Assembly (NCBI GenBank): GCA_963762145.1
Contig: CAVXJS010000011.1
Location: forward strand, 736,001-800,000
Length of the DNA: 64,000 bases
Direction: 5' to 3'
Source of the DNA: an uncultured Candidatus Rokubacteria bacterium
GTDB taxonomy: Bacteria; Methylomirabilota; Methylomirabilia; Rokubacteriales; CSP1-6
Part shown: piece by piece, positions 41,001-53,203 of the stretch
Position numbering within the stretch: the stretch's first letter is position 1
Layout of the letters: each line of letters opens with the position of its first letter
Made by a program: the position numbers and the translations under genes
The notes under the pieces: model-generated
Seen by the model: only the letters and a program-made list of their open reading frames with translations
Database searches by the model: none
Told to the model about the DNA's origin: nothing

Positions 41001-42662
41001 CGCGATCTGGGTGACGAGCTCCTCGCGGATGCCGTCGAGCGGCGGATTGGTCACCTGGGCGAAGAGCTGCTTGAAGTAGTCGTAGAGCAGGCGCGGGCGA
41101 TCCGAGAGCACGGCGAGCGACGTGTCGGTGCCCATCGAGCCCACCGGCTCCTCGCCGCCTGCGGCCATGGGGCCCAGCAGGAGACGCAGGTCCTCGTGGG
41201 TGTAGCCGAAGACCTGCTGCCGCTCGAGCACCGTCTCGTGATCGGGCTCCGGCACGTGCGGCGGCTCGGGCAGGCTCTCGACCGGCGTGAGATACGCCCG
41301 GACCCACTCCCCGTAGGGATGCTGGGCCGCGTAGGTGTGCTTGAGCTCCGCGTCGTCGATGATCCGGCCCTGGGCGGTGTCCACCAGGAAGATCCGCCCG
41401 GGGTGCAGCCGCTCCTTCAGGAGCACGCGATCCGGCGGAATGTCGAGCACACCCACCTCGGAGGCCATCACCACCATGCCGTCCTTGGTGACGTAGTAGC
41501 GCGACGGGCGCAGGCCGTTGCGGTCGAGCACCGCGCCGATCACGGTGCCGTCGGTGAAGGCGATGGAGGCCGGCCCGTCCCACGGCTCCATCAGGCAGCC
41601 GTGGTACTCGTAGAAGGCCTTCGTCTCCTCGCTCATCGACTCGTGCCCGCTCCAGGCCTCCGGGATCATCATGAGCACGGCCAGGGGCAGCGGCCGGCCC
41701 GCCATCACCAGGAACTCGAGCACGTTGTCGAAGACCGCCGAGTCGCTGCCGCCCTCGACCACGATGGGCACGATCTTCCGGAGGTCGTCCCCCAGGAGCG
41801 CGGAGTGGCAGAGCGACTCGCGCGCCCGCATCCAGTTGATGTTGCCGCGCAGGGTGTTGATCTCGCCGTTGTGGGCCACGAACCGGTAGGGGTGCGCGAG
41901 CGGCCACGACGGGAACGTGTTGGTGGAGAACCGCTGGTGGACCAGCGCCAGCGCCGACTCCACCAGGGGATCCATGACGTCGGGGAACATGCCCTCGATC
42001 TGGTCGGCCGAGAGCATGCCCTTGTAGATGAGGGTGTTGGCGGAGAGGCTCGGCAGGTAGAAGTACTTCCGCTCGCCGATCTCGCTGTTGCGCACCGCGT
42101 GCTCCGCCCGCTTGCGGATGACGTAGAGCTTGCGCTCGAACGCAGCCCGATCGGGCACCGCGGGTCCGCGGGCGATGAACACCTGCTCGATCACCGGCTC
42201 CACCGAGCGCGCGGTGGGGCCGATCGCGGAGGAGTCGGTGGGGACGGGCCGCCAGCCGAGGACCGTCTGGCCCTCGTCGACCACGAGCCGCTCCAGGATG
42301 GCCCGGCACGCCTCGCGGTCCGCCGCGGCGCGGGGCAGGAACACGAGGCCGGCCCCGTAGCGGCCCTGCGCGGGCAGGGTGATGCCGAGCCGGGCGCACT
42401 CGCGCTCGAGGAACCGATGCGGCATCTGGATCAGGATGCCGGCGCCGTCGCCCGTGTTCACCTCGCAGCCACAGGCGCCGCGGTGCAGGAGGTTCTTCAG
42501 CACCGTGAGGGCCTGGCTCACGATCGCGTGGGACTTGCGGCCCTTGATGTCCACCACGAAGCCGACCCCGCAGGCGTCGTGCTCGTGGGCCGGGTCGTAG
42601 AGGCCCTGTGCCGGGGGCAGTCCCGGGTCCGTCGTCGCCGACCTCGCTGGCTCGTCCGTCAC
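38067..42662 (-). CDS. gltB: Glutamate synthase large subunit
   Basis: [41 protein letters not shown]; probable GTG start at 42662. Confidence 0.98.
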   Translation of the reverse strand: MTDEPARSATTDPGLPPAQGLYDPAHEHDACGVGFVVDIKGRKSHAIVSQALTVLKNLLHRGACGCEVNTGDGAGILIQMPHRFLERECARLGITLPAQGRYGAGLVFLPRAAADREACRAILERLVVDEGQTVLGWRPVPTDSSAIGPTARSVEPVIEQVFIARGPAVPDRAAFERKLYVIRKRAEHAVRNSEIGERKYFYLPSLSANTLIYKGMLSADQIEGMFPDVMDPLVESALALVHQRFSTNTFPSWPLAHPYRFVAHNGEINTLRGNINWMRARESLCHSALLGDDLRKIVPIVVEGGSDSAVFDNVLEFLVMAGRPLPLAVLMMIPEAWSGHESMSEETKAFYEYHGCLMEPWDGPASIAFTDGTVIGAVLDRNGLRPSRYYVTKDGMVVMASEVGVLDIPPDRVLLKERLHPGRIFLVDTAQGRIIDDAELKHTYAAQHPYGEWVRAYLTPVESLPEPPHVPEPDHETVLERQQVFGYTHEDLRLLLGPMAAGGEEPVGSMGTDTSLAVLSDRPRLLYDYFKQLFAQVTNPPLDGIREELVTQIATSIGPEGNLLEPVPEAARQIKLKTPILNNDELARIRHVDQAGFKAATVSMLFPVADGGAGLERAMDELCAQVSRAVADGNTFLILSDRGVDATHAPIPALLATAGVHHHLIREGTRCKVGFVIETGEAREVHHMALLLGYGAGAINPYLAFESLDDMIRQGLLPGLDHKTAVKNYIKALNKGVLKVISKMGISTIHSYRGAQIFEAIGLGKKLVDRFFTWTASRISGVGLEVVAEEAIARHRRAHPERPAGGRRELTWGGEYQWRRDGEYHLFNPDTVFRLQHATQSGQYKIFKEYTKTVDDQSRNHATLRGLFTLREAPEPVPLAEVEPVEAIVKRFATGAMSYGSISLEAHQTLAIAMNRLGGKSNTGEGGEDPDRYRPEANGDSRRSAIKQIASGRFGVTSEYLVNAEDLQIKMAQGAKPGEGGQLPGHKVYPWIAKVRHSIPGVGLISPPPHHDIYSIEDLAQLIHDLKNSNPKARISVKLVSEVGVGTVAAGVAKAHSDVVLISGHDGGTGAAPLTSIKHGGTPWELGLAETQQVLVMNKLRDRIIVQVDGQMKTGRDVVIGALMGAEEFGFSTGPLVVMGCIMMRVCHLNTCPVGIATQDPHLRAKFAGRPEFVENFFRYIAEEVREHMARLGFRTMDEMIGRVDRIDVAAAVDHWKARGLDFSAILHRPVVGPEVAVRKVVEQDHGLDRSLDMTTLLPLCAPALERQEPVDIRLPIKNVNRTVGTILGAEITTRHGAEGLRDDTIRVHFTGSAGQSFGAFLPRGVTLTLEGDANDYIGKGLSGGKLIVFPPREATFVAEENILVGNVVLYGATGGEAYFRGVAGERFAVRNSGALTVVEGVGDHGCEYMTGGRVVVIGKTGRNFAAGMSGGLAFVLDEAGDFKARCNLGMVDLEAVVDTADVELVKDLLARHIRFTHSPVAARLLVDWERSRSRFVKVIPRDYKRVMEAIKKAQETGMSADEAVMASAHN

Positions 42663-42790
42663 GTCGTCTCTCTCCGCCCCGCGTCGTCGCCGGGGCCCCC
42701 GAGCGGTGAGTGCTGCGCCGCGCCCAAACTTGTCTCGTGAGACTACACGGAAGCGGAACATTAGCCAAGCGAGAAGTGAGAAAACACGTC

Positions 42791-42805
42791 ATTAGCTGTG
42801 CTAAT
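42791..42805. promoter_or_regulatory. LysR-type operator (T-N11-A dyad)
   Basis: ATTAGC-TGT-GCTAAT palindrome between divergent gltB and lysR; second ATTAGC half-site at 42760. Confidence 0.7.
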
Positions 42806-42823
42806 AGTGGTACATTTCCGGCC

Positions 42824-43717
42824 ATGAACCTCGAGACGCTCAAGCTCTACTGTGACGTGGTCCGTCTCCGCAGCTTCTCGCGCGGGGCGGCCAGCAACTC
42901 GGTCTCGCAGTCCGCCGCGAGCCAGGCCATCCAGCAGCTCGAGGCCGAGCTCGACGCGGCGCTCCTCGACCGCTCCCGGCGCCCGCTGCTGCCCACCGAG
43001 CAGGGCCAGGCCTTCTACGATGCCTGCCGCGCCCTGCTGCAGGGCTTCGAGAAGGCGCGCGCGGACCTCGCGGCCGCGCGCGAGCGCGTGGAAGGCACGG
43101 TGCGGGTCGCCGCGATCTACTCGGTCGGCCTCCACGACATGAGCCGCCACATGCAACCGTTCATGTCGGACTACCCGCAGGCGCGGGTGCTCCTCGAGTG
43201 CCTGCATCCCCACAAGGTGGTGGAGGCCGTGCTCAACGACGAGGCGGATCTCGGCATCCTGTCCTATCCCGCCGCCACGCGCGCGCTGACCGTGCTGCCC
43301 CTGCGCGACGAGCCCATGGTGCTGGTCGCGCATCCGGCGCACCGCCTGGCCCGCCGCCGCTCGGTGACCCCGGGCGATCTGCAGGGCGAGAAGTTCGTGG
43401 CCTTCGATCGCGACCTGGCGGTTCGCAAGGCGATCGATCGGGCGCTGAAGCAGCACGACGTCAAGGTGACGGTGGTCATGGAGTTCGACAACGTCGAGAC
43501 GATCAAGCAGGCGATCGGGATCAACGCGGGCGTCAGCATCCTGCCGCGCCCCACCGTCCTCAACGAGTCGGGGATGCGCACCCTGGCGGTCACCCCGCTC
43601 GCGCTGCCCGGTCTGGTGCGGCCGGTCGGGATCATCCACCGCCGCGGCCGGCGGCTCACGCCGGTGGTCGCCCGCTTCATCGCGCAGCTCCAGAAGCCGC
43701 TCGACCCGGCCTCGTGA
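42824..43717 (+). CDS. LysR-family regulator (GltC-like position)
   Basis: SFSRGA, SQSAASQAIQQLE HTH; divergent from gltB. Confidence 0.92.
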   Translation: MNLETLKLYCDVVRLRSFSRGAASNSVSQSAASQAIQQLEAELDAALLDRSRRPLLPTEQGQAFYDACRALLQGFEKARADLAAARERVEGTVRVAAIYSVGLHDMSRHMQPFMSDYPQARVLLECLHPHKVVEAVLNDEADLGILSYPAATRALTVLPLRDEPMVLVAHPAHRLARRRSVTPGDLQGEKFVAFDRDLAVRKAIDRALKQHDVKVTVVMEFDNVETIKQAIGINAGVSILPRPTVLNESGMRTLAVTPLALPGLVRPVGIIHRRGRRLTPVVARFIAQLQKPLDPAS

Positions 43718-43745
43718 TAACGTATTCCCGGAAAGGAGCCGTCGC

Positions 43746-44876
43746 ATGAGCGATGCCCCCGCGTCTCTGATCATCGCGGCCAGCGAGGCCGACTCGAACC
43801 TGTACTACGCGTGCCGCTTCCTGGCGCCGGATTCCTTCGTGTTCCTCCAGGTGAACGGGCGGAAGGTGCTGCTCATGTCCGACCTCGAGGTGGACCGGGC
43901 TCGATCCCAGGCGAAGGTGGACGAGGTGCTGTCGCTCGCCGAATGGGATGCGAAGGCGCGGCAGCGCTGGCCTACGCCCAAGCTCACCGACATCGTGAGC
44001 CTGCTGCTCGAGGACTACGGGGTGAAGGCGGTCGAGGTCCCCGGCGACTTTCCGCTCGAGCTGGCCGATCGGCTGCGCGAGCGCGGGATCACGGTGACGC
44101 CGCGGCCCAGCCCCTTCCTGCCCGAGCGGGTGGTGAAGACCCCCGAGGAAGTGGCCGCGATCGAGGAGGCCCAGCGGCACACCGAGACCGCCCTGGACGC
44201 GGCGCTCCAGGTGCTGCGCGAGAGCGTCATCAAGGGCGACGAGGTGCTCTACCGGGGGCGGCCACTCACGTCGGAGGATCTCAAGAAGACGGTCAACGTC
44301 TCCCTCATGGAGAACGACTGTATCGCGGAGCACACCATCATCGCCTGCGGTGACCAGGGCGTGGACCCGCACAACCAGGGGACCGGCGCCATCCGGCCCA
44401 ACCAGGGGATCATCTTCGACATCTTTCCCCGCTCCTCCCGGTCGCGCTACTACGCGGACATGACCCGGACGGTCGTCAAGGGCAAGGCGTCGGACGAGCT
44501 GCGTCGCCTCTACGACGCGGTGCTGGCCAGCCAGATGCGGGGGATCGAGCTGATCCGCGACGGGGCCTCCGGCGGCGCCATCCACGCCGAGGTGAACCGG
44601 ACGCTGGAGAGCCGGGGGTACATGACCGGGGTGGTCAACGGCCGGAACCAGGGCTTCTTCCACGGAACGGGCCACGGCGTGGGCCTGGACATCCACGAGC
44701 TGCCGCGGATCAGCCGGCTGGACTGCGAGCTCAAGACCGGGCACGTCGTCACGGTGGAGCCCGGCCTGTACTATCCCGGGAAGGGGGCCGTCCGCATCGA
44801 GGACATGGTCCTGGTCGAGCCCGGAGGCTGCCGGAACCTGACCCGGTCCCCCAAGATGGAGCTGCTCGAGCTCTGA
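43746..44876 (+). CDS. Xaa-Pro aminopeptidase family (M24)
   Basis: YYADMTRT, HGTGHGVGLDIHE, TVEPGLY, VRIED. Confidence 0.92.
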   Translation: MSDAPASLIIAASEADSNLYYACRFLAPDSFVFLQVNGRKVLLMSDLEVDRARSQAKVDEVLSLAEWDAKARQRWPTPKLTDIVSLLLEDYGVKAVEVPGDFPLELADRLRERGITVTPRPSPFLPERVVKTPEEVAAIEEAQRHTETALDAALQVLRESVIKGDEVLYRGRPLTSEDLKKTVNVSLMENDCIAEHTIIACGDQGVDPHNQGTGAIRPNQGIIFDIFPRSSRSRYYADMTRTVVKGKASDELRRLYDAVLASQMRGIELIRDGASGGAIHAEVNRTLESRGYMTGVVNGRNQGFFHGTGHGVGLDIHELPRISRLDCELKTGHVVTVEPGLYYPGKGAVRIEDMVLVEPGGCRNLTRSPKMELLEL

Positions 44877-44877
44877 G

Positions 44878-44903
44878 GCCTCCGGAAGAGGTCTCCCGGA
44901 GGC
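44878..44903. terminator. Stem-loop after the M24 peptidase (no U-tract)
   Basis: GCCTCCGG...CCGGAGGC. Confidence 0.4.
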
Positions 44904-44933
44904 ACTGGTCTGGCGGTCCGACCGAAGTCAACC

Positions 44934-44962
44934 TTGCTTCTATTCAGACGTTTGGGTAGCAT
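44934..44962 (+). promoter_or_regulatory. Putative sigma70 promoter for korAB
   Basis: TTGCTT-17 nt-TAGCAT. Confidence 0.6.
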
Positions 44963-45081
44963 GACCTAGGAGTGTCACGCGTCTGATCGTTGTTCCCAAG
45001 ACTCTGAGGGTGACGGGAGCCACTCCGCCTGGAATCTGCCGTTGACGGGGGCCCGCCCCCGGACGGAAAGGATATGGACCG

Positions 45082-46949
<1,868 letters not shown>

Positions 46950-46953
<4 letters not shown>

Positions 46954-47981
46954 GTTCCGTCACGGGAGTGCCCGGCGCGACCCCGAAGTACACGAAGAAG
47001 GATTTCGAGTCCGACCAGGACGTGCGGTGGTGCCCCGGCTGCGGGGACTACGCGATCCTGAGCGCGGTGCAGAAGATGATGCCCGACCTCGGCATCCCCA
47101 AGGAAGACATCGTGTTCATCTCCGGGATCGGCTGCTCCAGCCGGTTCCCGTACTACATGAACACGTACGGCTTCCACACCATCCACGGCCGGGCCCCCGC
47201 GGTCGCCACCGGGCTCAAGCTGGCGCGGCCGGAGCTGAAGATCTTCGTCGTGACGGGTGACGGCGACGGGCTCAGCATCGGCGGCAACCACCTGCTGCAC
47301 GTCCTGCGGCGCAACGTGGACCTCACGATTCTGCTCTTCAACAACCGGATCTACGGGCTCACCAAGGGCCAGTACTCGCCGACCAGCGAGCTGGGCAAGG
47401 TGACCAAGTCGACCCCCATCGGCTCCGCGGATCGCCCGCTGAGCCCCTGCGCGTTCGCGCTCGCCGCGGGCGCCACCTTCGTGGCCCGCACGGTGGACCG
47501 CAACATCGCCCACATGGAGGAGACCCTCAAGCGGGCCTCCGCCCACAAGGGCGCGGCCTTCGTCGAGATCCTCCAGAACTGCAACGTGTACAACGACATG
47601 GCCTGGGGCGTGCTCTACGACCGCGAGTCGAAGGCGCTCCACGAGCTTCGCCTGCAGCACGGCAAGCCGCTGGTCTGGGGGCCGGTCGACGATCGTCGCG
47701 GCCTCGTGCTGGAAGGGGTCAAGCCGAAGGTGGTGAACGTCAAGGACGTCCCGGAGAGCTCGCTGTGGGTGCACGACGAGACCGACGGCGGCACCGCGCT
47801 GGTGCTGGCGCAGCTCTGGGCCCCCGACTATCCGATCCCGGTCGGCGTGCTCGCCAGCCGGCCGGGCGACACGACCTACGAGGAGATCCTGATCCAGCAG
47901 GAGCAGAAGGCGATCTCCGACCGGGGCCCGGGCGACATCGCCAAGCTCCTCATGTCGGGCGACACCTGGAAGATCGGCTGA
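46950..47981 (+). CDS. korB: 2-oxoacid:ferredoxin oxidoreductase beta subunit
   Basis: WCPGCGD, SGIGCSS, IHGR, GDGD, NN.IYGLTKGQ. Confidence 0.92.
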
Positions 47982-48030
47982 TCCCAGGCCGCCCCCAGGG
48001 CCTCCAGCGAGGCCTCCTGACCCATCGCAG

Positions 48031-48066
48031 ATCGCCGGCCCTCCTCCGGGGGGCCGGTGGTATTTT
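48031..48066 (+). terminator. Probable intrinsic terminator after korB
   Basis: ATCGCCGGCCCTCC-TCC-GGGGGGCCGGTGGT followed by ATTTT. Confidence 0.55.
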
Positions 48067-48086
48067 GTCAGCCTGAGACGCCCCCC

Positions 48087-49532
48087 ATGGCCCTGACTCC
48101 CCAGACTCTCCGCGCGCTCGAGGACATCGTCGGCCCCGCCGCGCTCGTCGTCTCGGTGGAGGGCCGGCTCACCTACGAGTGCGACATGCACACGTTCTAC
48201 AAGGGTGCTCCCGACGCGGTGGTGCTGCCGGAGTCGGCGGCGCAGGTGGCGGCCATCGTCCGCCTCTGCCGGCGCGAGCACGTGCCGATCGTGCCGCGCG
48301 GCTCGGGCACCGGTCTCATCGGCGGCGCGATGGCGCCCGAGGGCGGGGTCATGGTGTCCATGACCCGCATGAACCGGATCGTGGAGCTGGATTTCGCGAA
48401 CCGCTGCGCCACCGTGGAGCCCGGGCTCATCAACCTGTGGCTGAGCCAGGCCACGCGGGAGCGCGGCTACTTCTTCGCCCCGGATCCGTCCAGCCAGATG
48501 GTGTCCTCCATCGGCGGCAACGCGTCGACCAATGCGGGCGGACCGCACTGCCTGAAGTACGGCATCACCGTGAACCACGTGCTCGGGCTCGAGGTGGTCA
48601 CCGGCGCCGGCGAGCTCGTCCGGCTCGGCGGCAAGACCCACGAGCGGCCGGGCTACGACCTCACCGGGGTGATGGTGGGCGCCGAGGGCACGCTGGGTCT
48701 GGTGACCGGCGTGATCGTGCGCCTCACCCACCTGCCGGAAGGGGTGAAGACCATCCTCGCGTCGTTCCCGACCATCGAGGACGCCTCCGAGGCGGTGTCG
48801 GGGATCATCCGGGCCGGGATCATCCCGGCCGCGCTCGAGATGCTCGACGAGGTCGTCATCCGCGCGATCGAGGAAGGCGTGGGCGCCGGGTACCCCAAGG
48901 GCGCGGGCGCGGTGCTGCTGATCGAGCTCGATGGCCCCACCGCGGAGATCGAGGCCCAGTCCGGCCCGATCGAGCGGATCTGCCGCGATCACCTGGCGCT
49001 CGAGATCCGGGTGGCCCAGAGCGAGGCGGAGCGGGCGCTGCTGTGGAAGGGGCGCAAGGAGGCGGCGGGGGTCTTCGGGCGGCTCACGCCGAACTGGCTG
49101 CTCCAGGACGCGGTGGTACCGCGGTCCAAGCTGCCCGAGATCATGAAGGAGGTGGTGGCGATCGGAGCGCGCTACCGCCTCGTCATCGCCAACGTGTTCC
49201 ACGCCGGCGACGGCAACCTCCACCCGTTGATCTGCTACGACGACCGTGTCCCGGGCGAGCTCGAGCGGGCCAAGCAGGCGAACGAGGAGCTGCTGGGGGC
49301 CTGCCTCCGGCTGGGCGGCAGCGTGACCGGCGAGCACGGGGTGGGCCTCGACAAGCGCGCGAGCCTGCCGATGCAGTTCGCGGACGCGGATCTCAACTTC
49401 ATGGCCCGGCTGCGGCGGGTGTTCGATCCCGACTCGATCATGAACCCCGGCAAGCTGCTGCCCTCGCACCCGGCCTGCGGCGAGGGGTTCCGGCCCGCCG
49501 CGCGCCCGCTGCCCGCGGGCACCTGGATCTGA
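48087..49532 (+). CDS. glcD: Glycolate oxidase subunit GlcD (FAD-linked)
   Basis: PRGSGTG, APDPSS, GGPHCLKYG, HAGDGNLH, GEHGVG, NPGK. Confidence 0.92.
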   Translation: MALTPQTLRALEDIVGPAALVVSVEGRLTYECDMHTFYKGAPDAVVLPESAAQVAAIVRLCRREHVPIVPRGSGTGLIGGAMAPEGGVMVSMTRMNRIVELDFANRCATVEPGLINLWLSQATRERGYFFAPDPSSQMVSSIGGNASTNAGGPHCLKYGITVNHVLGLEVVTGAGELVRLGGKTHERPGYDLTGVMVGAEGTLGLVTGVIVRLTHLPEGVKTILASFPTIEDASEAVSGIIRAGIIPAALEMLDEVVIRAIEEGVGAGYPKGAGAVLLIELDGPTAEIEAQSGPIERICRDHLALEIRVAQSEAERALLWKGRKEAAGVFGRLTPNWLLQDAVVPRSKLPEIMKEVVAIGARYRLVIANVFHAGDGNLHPLICYDDRVPGELERAKQANEELLGACLRLGGSVTGEHGVGLDKRASLPMQFADADLNFMARLRRVFDPDSIMNPGKLLPSHPACGEGFRPAARPLPAGTWI

Positions 49533-49534
49533 GC

Positions 49535-50845
49535 GTGGCTGTCTCCGCGGTGGCGGTTCACGAGGCGCTGGCCGACATCGCCGGGCGCGAGCACTGCGTG
49601 CGCGACGCGGCGGGCCTGGCCCGCTATGCCGTCGACGGGCTGACGCCCTCGCTGGTGGTGCGCCCCGGGAGCGTGGACGAGGTGAGCCGCGTGGTCGCGC
49701 TCTGCGCGGCGGAGCGTCTGGCGATGGCGCCGCGCGGGGCCGGCACGAGCATGGGCCTCGGCAATCCGCCCCGCCGGCTCGACGTGGTGCTGGAGCTCTC
49801 CCGGATGCGCGCGGTCCGCGAATACGTGGCGGAGGACATGGTGGCGACGGTGGAGGCGGGCGCGACGCTCGATCAGCTCGCAGCCCACTTCGGCCCGCAC
49901 CGCCAGGCGCTGACGCTCGATCCTCCCGGCGGCGGCGCGCGCAGCGTGGGCGGCGTGCTGGCCACCCACGCCAGCGGGCCGCTCCGGTTCCGGTACGGCA
50001 CCGGCCGCGATCTCCTCCTGGGCGCGCGCTTCGTGCAGGCCGACGGCACGGTCACCTGGGGCGGCTCCAAGGTGGTCAAGTCGGTGACGGGCTATGACGT
50101 GCCGAAGCTCCTGGTCGGCTCCCTCGGCACCCTCGGCGTGCTCGTGGAGGCGACGCTGCGACTGCACCCGATGCCTCCCGCCTCGCGCTCGTGGCGGCTC
50201 GGCTTTCCCTCGGGCGCGGCGGCCGAGGGATTCCTGGCCGCGCTGCTCGACTCGCCGCTCCAGCCCGATCGCGCGGCCCTGCTCGACGCCGCCGGCTTGC
50301 GCCGGGTCGGGCTGGCGGTCGACGCGATCGGTCTGCTGCTCTCGATCAGCAGCGCGGCCGAGGCGGTGGCCCACCAGGGCGAGGCCCTGGTGCAGCTCGC
50401 CGCGACGCACGGTGGCCGGAGCGAGGAGACCGCCGAGACGGCCTGGGCCGGACTCGGCCGGGCCGTCGACGGCTCCCTGGTACTGCGTGCGGTGGGCGAG
50501 CCGCGTCGACTCCTCGACCGGGTAGGGGAGGCGCATGCGGCCGCGGCCCGGGCCGGCGTCGAGGTCATGGTCCTCGCGCAGCCGGGACACGGCGTGCTGC
50601 AGCTCTCGGTTCCGGGCCGGGTCGACGTTGGTCGCGTTCTGAGCGAGCTGGTGCAGCCGCTCCGGCACGCCCTCGAGGCGGACGGCGGCAGTCTGACCGT
50701 CGAGCGCGGGCCGATTGAGCTTAAGGCTCGATGTGATGTGTGGGGTGCTATACAGCCGGAAATATTGTCGATCATGGCCAGGATCAAGGCGGAGTTCGAT
50801 CCGGCGGGCCTGCTGAACCCCGGCCGCTTCGTGGGCGGCCTGTGA
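49535..50845 (+). CDS. glcE: Glycolate oxidase subunit GlcE
   Basis: KVVKSVTGYDVPKL, GSLGTLG, FDPAGLLNPGR. Confidence 0.88.
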   Translation: MAVSAVAVHEALADIAGREHCVRDAAGLARYAVDGLTPSLVVRPGSVDEVSRVVALCAAERLAMAPRGAGTSMGLGNPPRRLDVVLELSRMRAVREYVAEDMVATVEAGATLDQLAAHFGPHRQALTLDPPGGGARSVGGVLATHASGPLRFRYGTGRDLLLGARFVQADGTVTWGGSKVVKSVTGYDVPKLLVGSLGTLGVLVEATLRLHPMPPASRSWRLGFPSGAAAEGFLAALLDSPLQPDRAALLDAAGLRRVGLAVDAIGLLLSISSAAEAVAHQGEALVQLAATHGGRSEETAETAWAGLGRAVDGSLVLRAVGEPRRLLDRVGEAHAAAARAGVEVMVLAQPGHGVLQLSVPGRVDVGRVLSELVQPLRHALEADGGSLTVERGPIELKARCDVWGAIQPEILSIMARIKAEFDPAGLLNPGRFVGGL

Positions 50846-52128
50846 GCGCGGTGCATCCCGTCGGCGCCGCGCTCGGCGCGTTCGACGCCCAGGACCCGCC
50901 CTCCATGGATGGCCTGCGCGCCTGCGTGCACTGTGGGATCTGCCTGCCGCAGTGCCCGACGTACCGCGTCCTCGGCGAGGAGATGGACTCCCCGAGAGGG
51001 CGCGTCTATCTCATGCGCGCGGCGGCCGAGGACCGGATCGGGCTCACCCCCACCATGGCGCGCCACCTGGATCTCTGCCTCGGCTGTCGCGCCTGCGAGA
51101 CGGCCTGTCCCTCCGGGGTCCCGTTCGGGCAGCTCCTCGAGGCCACCCGGAGTCAGTTCGAGCGCCGCGGGGTCACCGCTCCCACGCGCGACGGCACCAC
51201 CCTGCGCTTCATCCTCGGGACCTTTCCGCATCCCCGGCGGCTCGGCCCCATGCTGCACGTGCTCCGCTTGTATCAGCGGACGGGCCTGCAGGCGCTGGTG
51301 CGCGGGCTCGGCCTGCTCGGGCCGTTCCGGAAGCTGCGGGCGATGGAGGCGCTGCTGCCGCGCGTGCCGTCGCCGGGCGCGCGCTTGCCGGAGCTGATCC
51401 CGGCGCGCGGGGTCCGCCGCGGCCGAGCCGGCCTGCTGCTCGGCTGCGCGCAGCGCTTCCTCTATCCCGACGTCAACGCGGATACCGCGCGGCTCCTCAC
51501 CGCGGCGGGCTACGACGTGGTGGTGCCGCGGGCGCAGGAATGCTGCGGGGCGCTGCACCTGCACGCGGGACGCCTCGACGAGTTCCGCGCGATGGCGCGA
51601 CCGCTGATGGCCGCCTTCGCCGACGTGGACGTCCTCGTGGTGAACGCGGCGGGCTGCGGCTCGGCGCTCAAGGAGTACGGCCACTGGCTGCCGGAGGAGG
51701 CGGCCCGGCTCTTCTCCGAGCGCGTGCGGGACGTATCCGAGGTGCTGGCCGATGCCGAGCTGCCGCTGCGCGCGCTGCCGGCGCAGACGGTCGCCTATCA
51801 CGACGCCTGCCACCTGGCGCACGGCCAGAAGGTCCGCGCGCAGCCTCGCGAGCTGTTGCGCCGCATCCCCGGCCTCGTCCTCGTGGACCTGGCGGACTCC
51901 GAGCTCTGCTGCGGGAGCGCGGGGGTCTACAATCTGCTCGAGCCCGAGATGGCGGGCGAGCTCGGCCGCCGCAAGGCCGCGCGCATCCGCGAGAGCGGCG
52001 CCCGGGTGGTCACCGCGGGCAACCCCGGCTGCCTGATGCAGATTCACCAGCACTGCCGCGAGGCGGGGCTGGACGTCGAGGTCGCGCACCCGGTGACACT
52101 CCTGGCCCGGGCGCTGGAGGAGCGATGA
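50842..52128 (+). CDS. glcF: Glycolate oxidase Fe-S subunit GlcF
   Basis: CVHCGICLPQCPTY, CLGCRACETACPSG, two CCG domains. Confidence 0.92.
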   Translation: MSAVHPVGAALGAFDAQDPPSMDGLRACVHCGICLPQCPTYRVLGEEMDSPRGRVYLMRAAAEDRIGLTPTMARHLDLCLGCRACETACPSGVPFGQLLEATRSQFERRGVTAPTRDGTTLRFILGTFPHPRRLGPMLHVLRLYQRTGLQALVRGLGLLGPFRKLRAMEALLPRVPSPGARLPELIPARGVRRGRAGLLLGCAQRFLYPDVNADTARLLTAAGYDVVVPRAQECCGALHLHAGRLDEFRAMARPLMAAFADVDVLVVNAAGCGSALKEYGHWLPEEAARLFSERVRDVSEVLADAELPLRALPAQTVAYHDACHLAHGQKVRAQPRELLRRIPGLVLVDLADSELCCGSAGVYNLLEPEMAGELGRRKAARIRESGARVVTAGNPGCLMQIHQHCREAGLDVEVAHPVTLLARALEER

Positions 52129-52454
52129 AGATTCGCGTGCGGGATCACGTGAAGGTCGCGGCGGACCGGATGGCCAAGATCGGCCTGTCCACCACCGCGC
52201 GCACCCAGCTCGACCTCTACTGCGTGGCGCCGGGCCAGTCGCAGACGCCCCACCGGCACGACGGCGAGGACAAGATCTACTACGTGCTCGAGGGATCCGG
52301 CCGCTTCTCGGTCGGCGGCGTCGAGGAGCGGCTCGCGGCCGGCGAGGCGGTGGTCGCCGCCGCGGGCGAGGAGCACGGTCTCGTCAACGACTCCGCCGAT
52401 CTGCTCCTGGTGCTGGTGGTGGTCGCGCCGCCGCCGCCGCACATGAAGCGGTAG
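52125..52454 (+). CDS. Cupin-2 domain protein
   Basis: PGQSQTPHRH..EDK.YYVLEG...EEHGLVN. Confidence 0.85.
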   Translation: MKIRVRDHVKVAADRMAKIGLSTTARTQLDLYCVAPGQSQTPHRHDGEDKIYYVLEGSGRFSVGGVEERLAAGEAVVAAAGEEHGLVNDSADLLLVLVVVAPPPPHMKR

Positions 52455-52461
52455 CCGGTCC

Positions 52462-53203
52462 ATGGCCGCCCCTGTCCGCGCGTCGCTGATGATCACCTGC
52501 CTGGGGGACGTCCTGTTTCCCGAGGTCGGCGTCGCGATGGTGCGGCTGCTCCGGCGGCTCGGGGTGCAGGTGGAGTTTCCCGAGGGCCAGACCTGCTGCG
52601 GGATGCCGCTCTTCAACTCGGGCTATCACCACGACGCGGCCCTGGTGGCCGCGCGCACCGTGAAGCTCTTCGAGGGGGCGGAGCACGTGGTGGTGCCGTC
52701 CGGCTCCTGCGCCTGGATGGTCCGGACCGAGTACCCCGGCCTGCTGAAGCACGATCCCGGCCCTGCGCGCGGCGGCGGACTCGCTGGCCCGGCGCACGCG
52801 GGAGCTCTCGCAGTTCATCGTGGAAGTGCTCGGCGTCACCACGATCGAATCGCCCTTCAAGGGCAAGGTGACCTACCACGACTCCTGCCACCTGCTCCGC
52901 GGGCTCGGCGAATCGGCGTCGCCCCGCGCGCTGCTGCGCGGGGTGGCCGGCGTGGAGCTGGTCGAGCTTCCGGGAGCGGACGAGTGCTGCGGCTTCGGCG
53001 GCTCCTTCTCGGTGCGGCTGCCCGAGGTGTCGTCCTCCATTCTCGACAAGAAGCTGGCCAACGTGGAGTCCACCGGGGCGCGCTGCCTGGTGGCGTGCGA
53101 CGCGGGCTGCCTCATGCAGATGGGGGGCGGGCTGTCCCGGCGCGGCTCCGCGGTGCAGGCGGTGCACCTGGCCCAGGTGCTCGCGGGCGAGGTCGACGAG
53201 TGA
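52462..53203 (+). CDS. lutA: Lactate utilization protein A (CCG domains); frameshift near 52760
   Basis: QTCCG, SGSC, YHDSCH, CCGFGGSF. Confidence 0.88.

Noticed and set aside
38073-42843. Very long alternative ORFs (1555 aa on +, 1501 aa on -) over gltB, and many similar shadow ORFs throughout
   Set aside because: Expected by-product of high GC3 codon bias; the translations are Arg/Gly/Ala/Pro-rich with no motifs.
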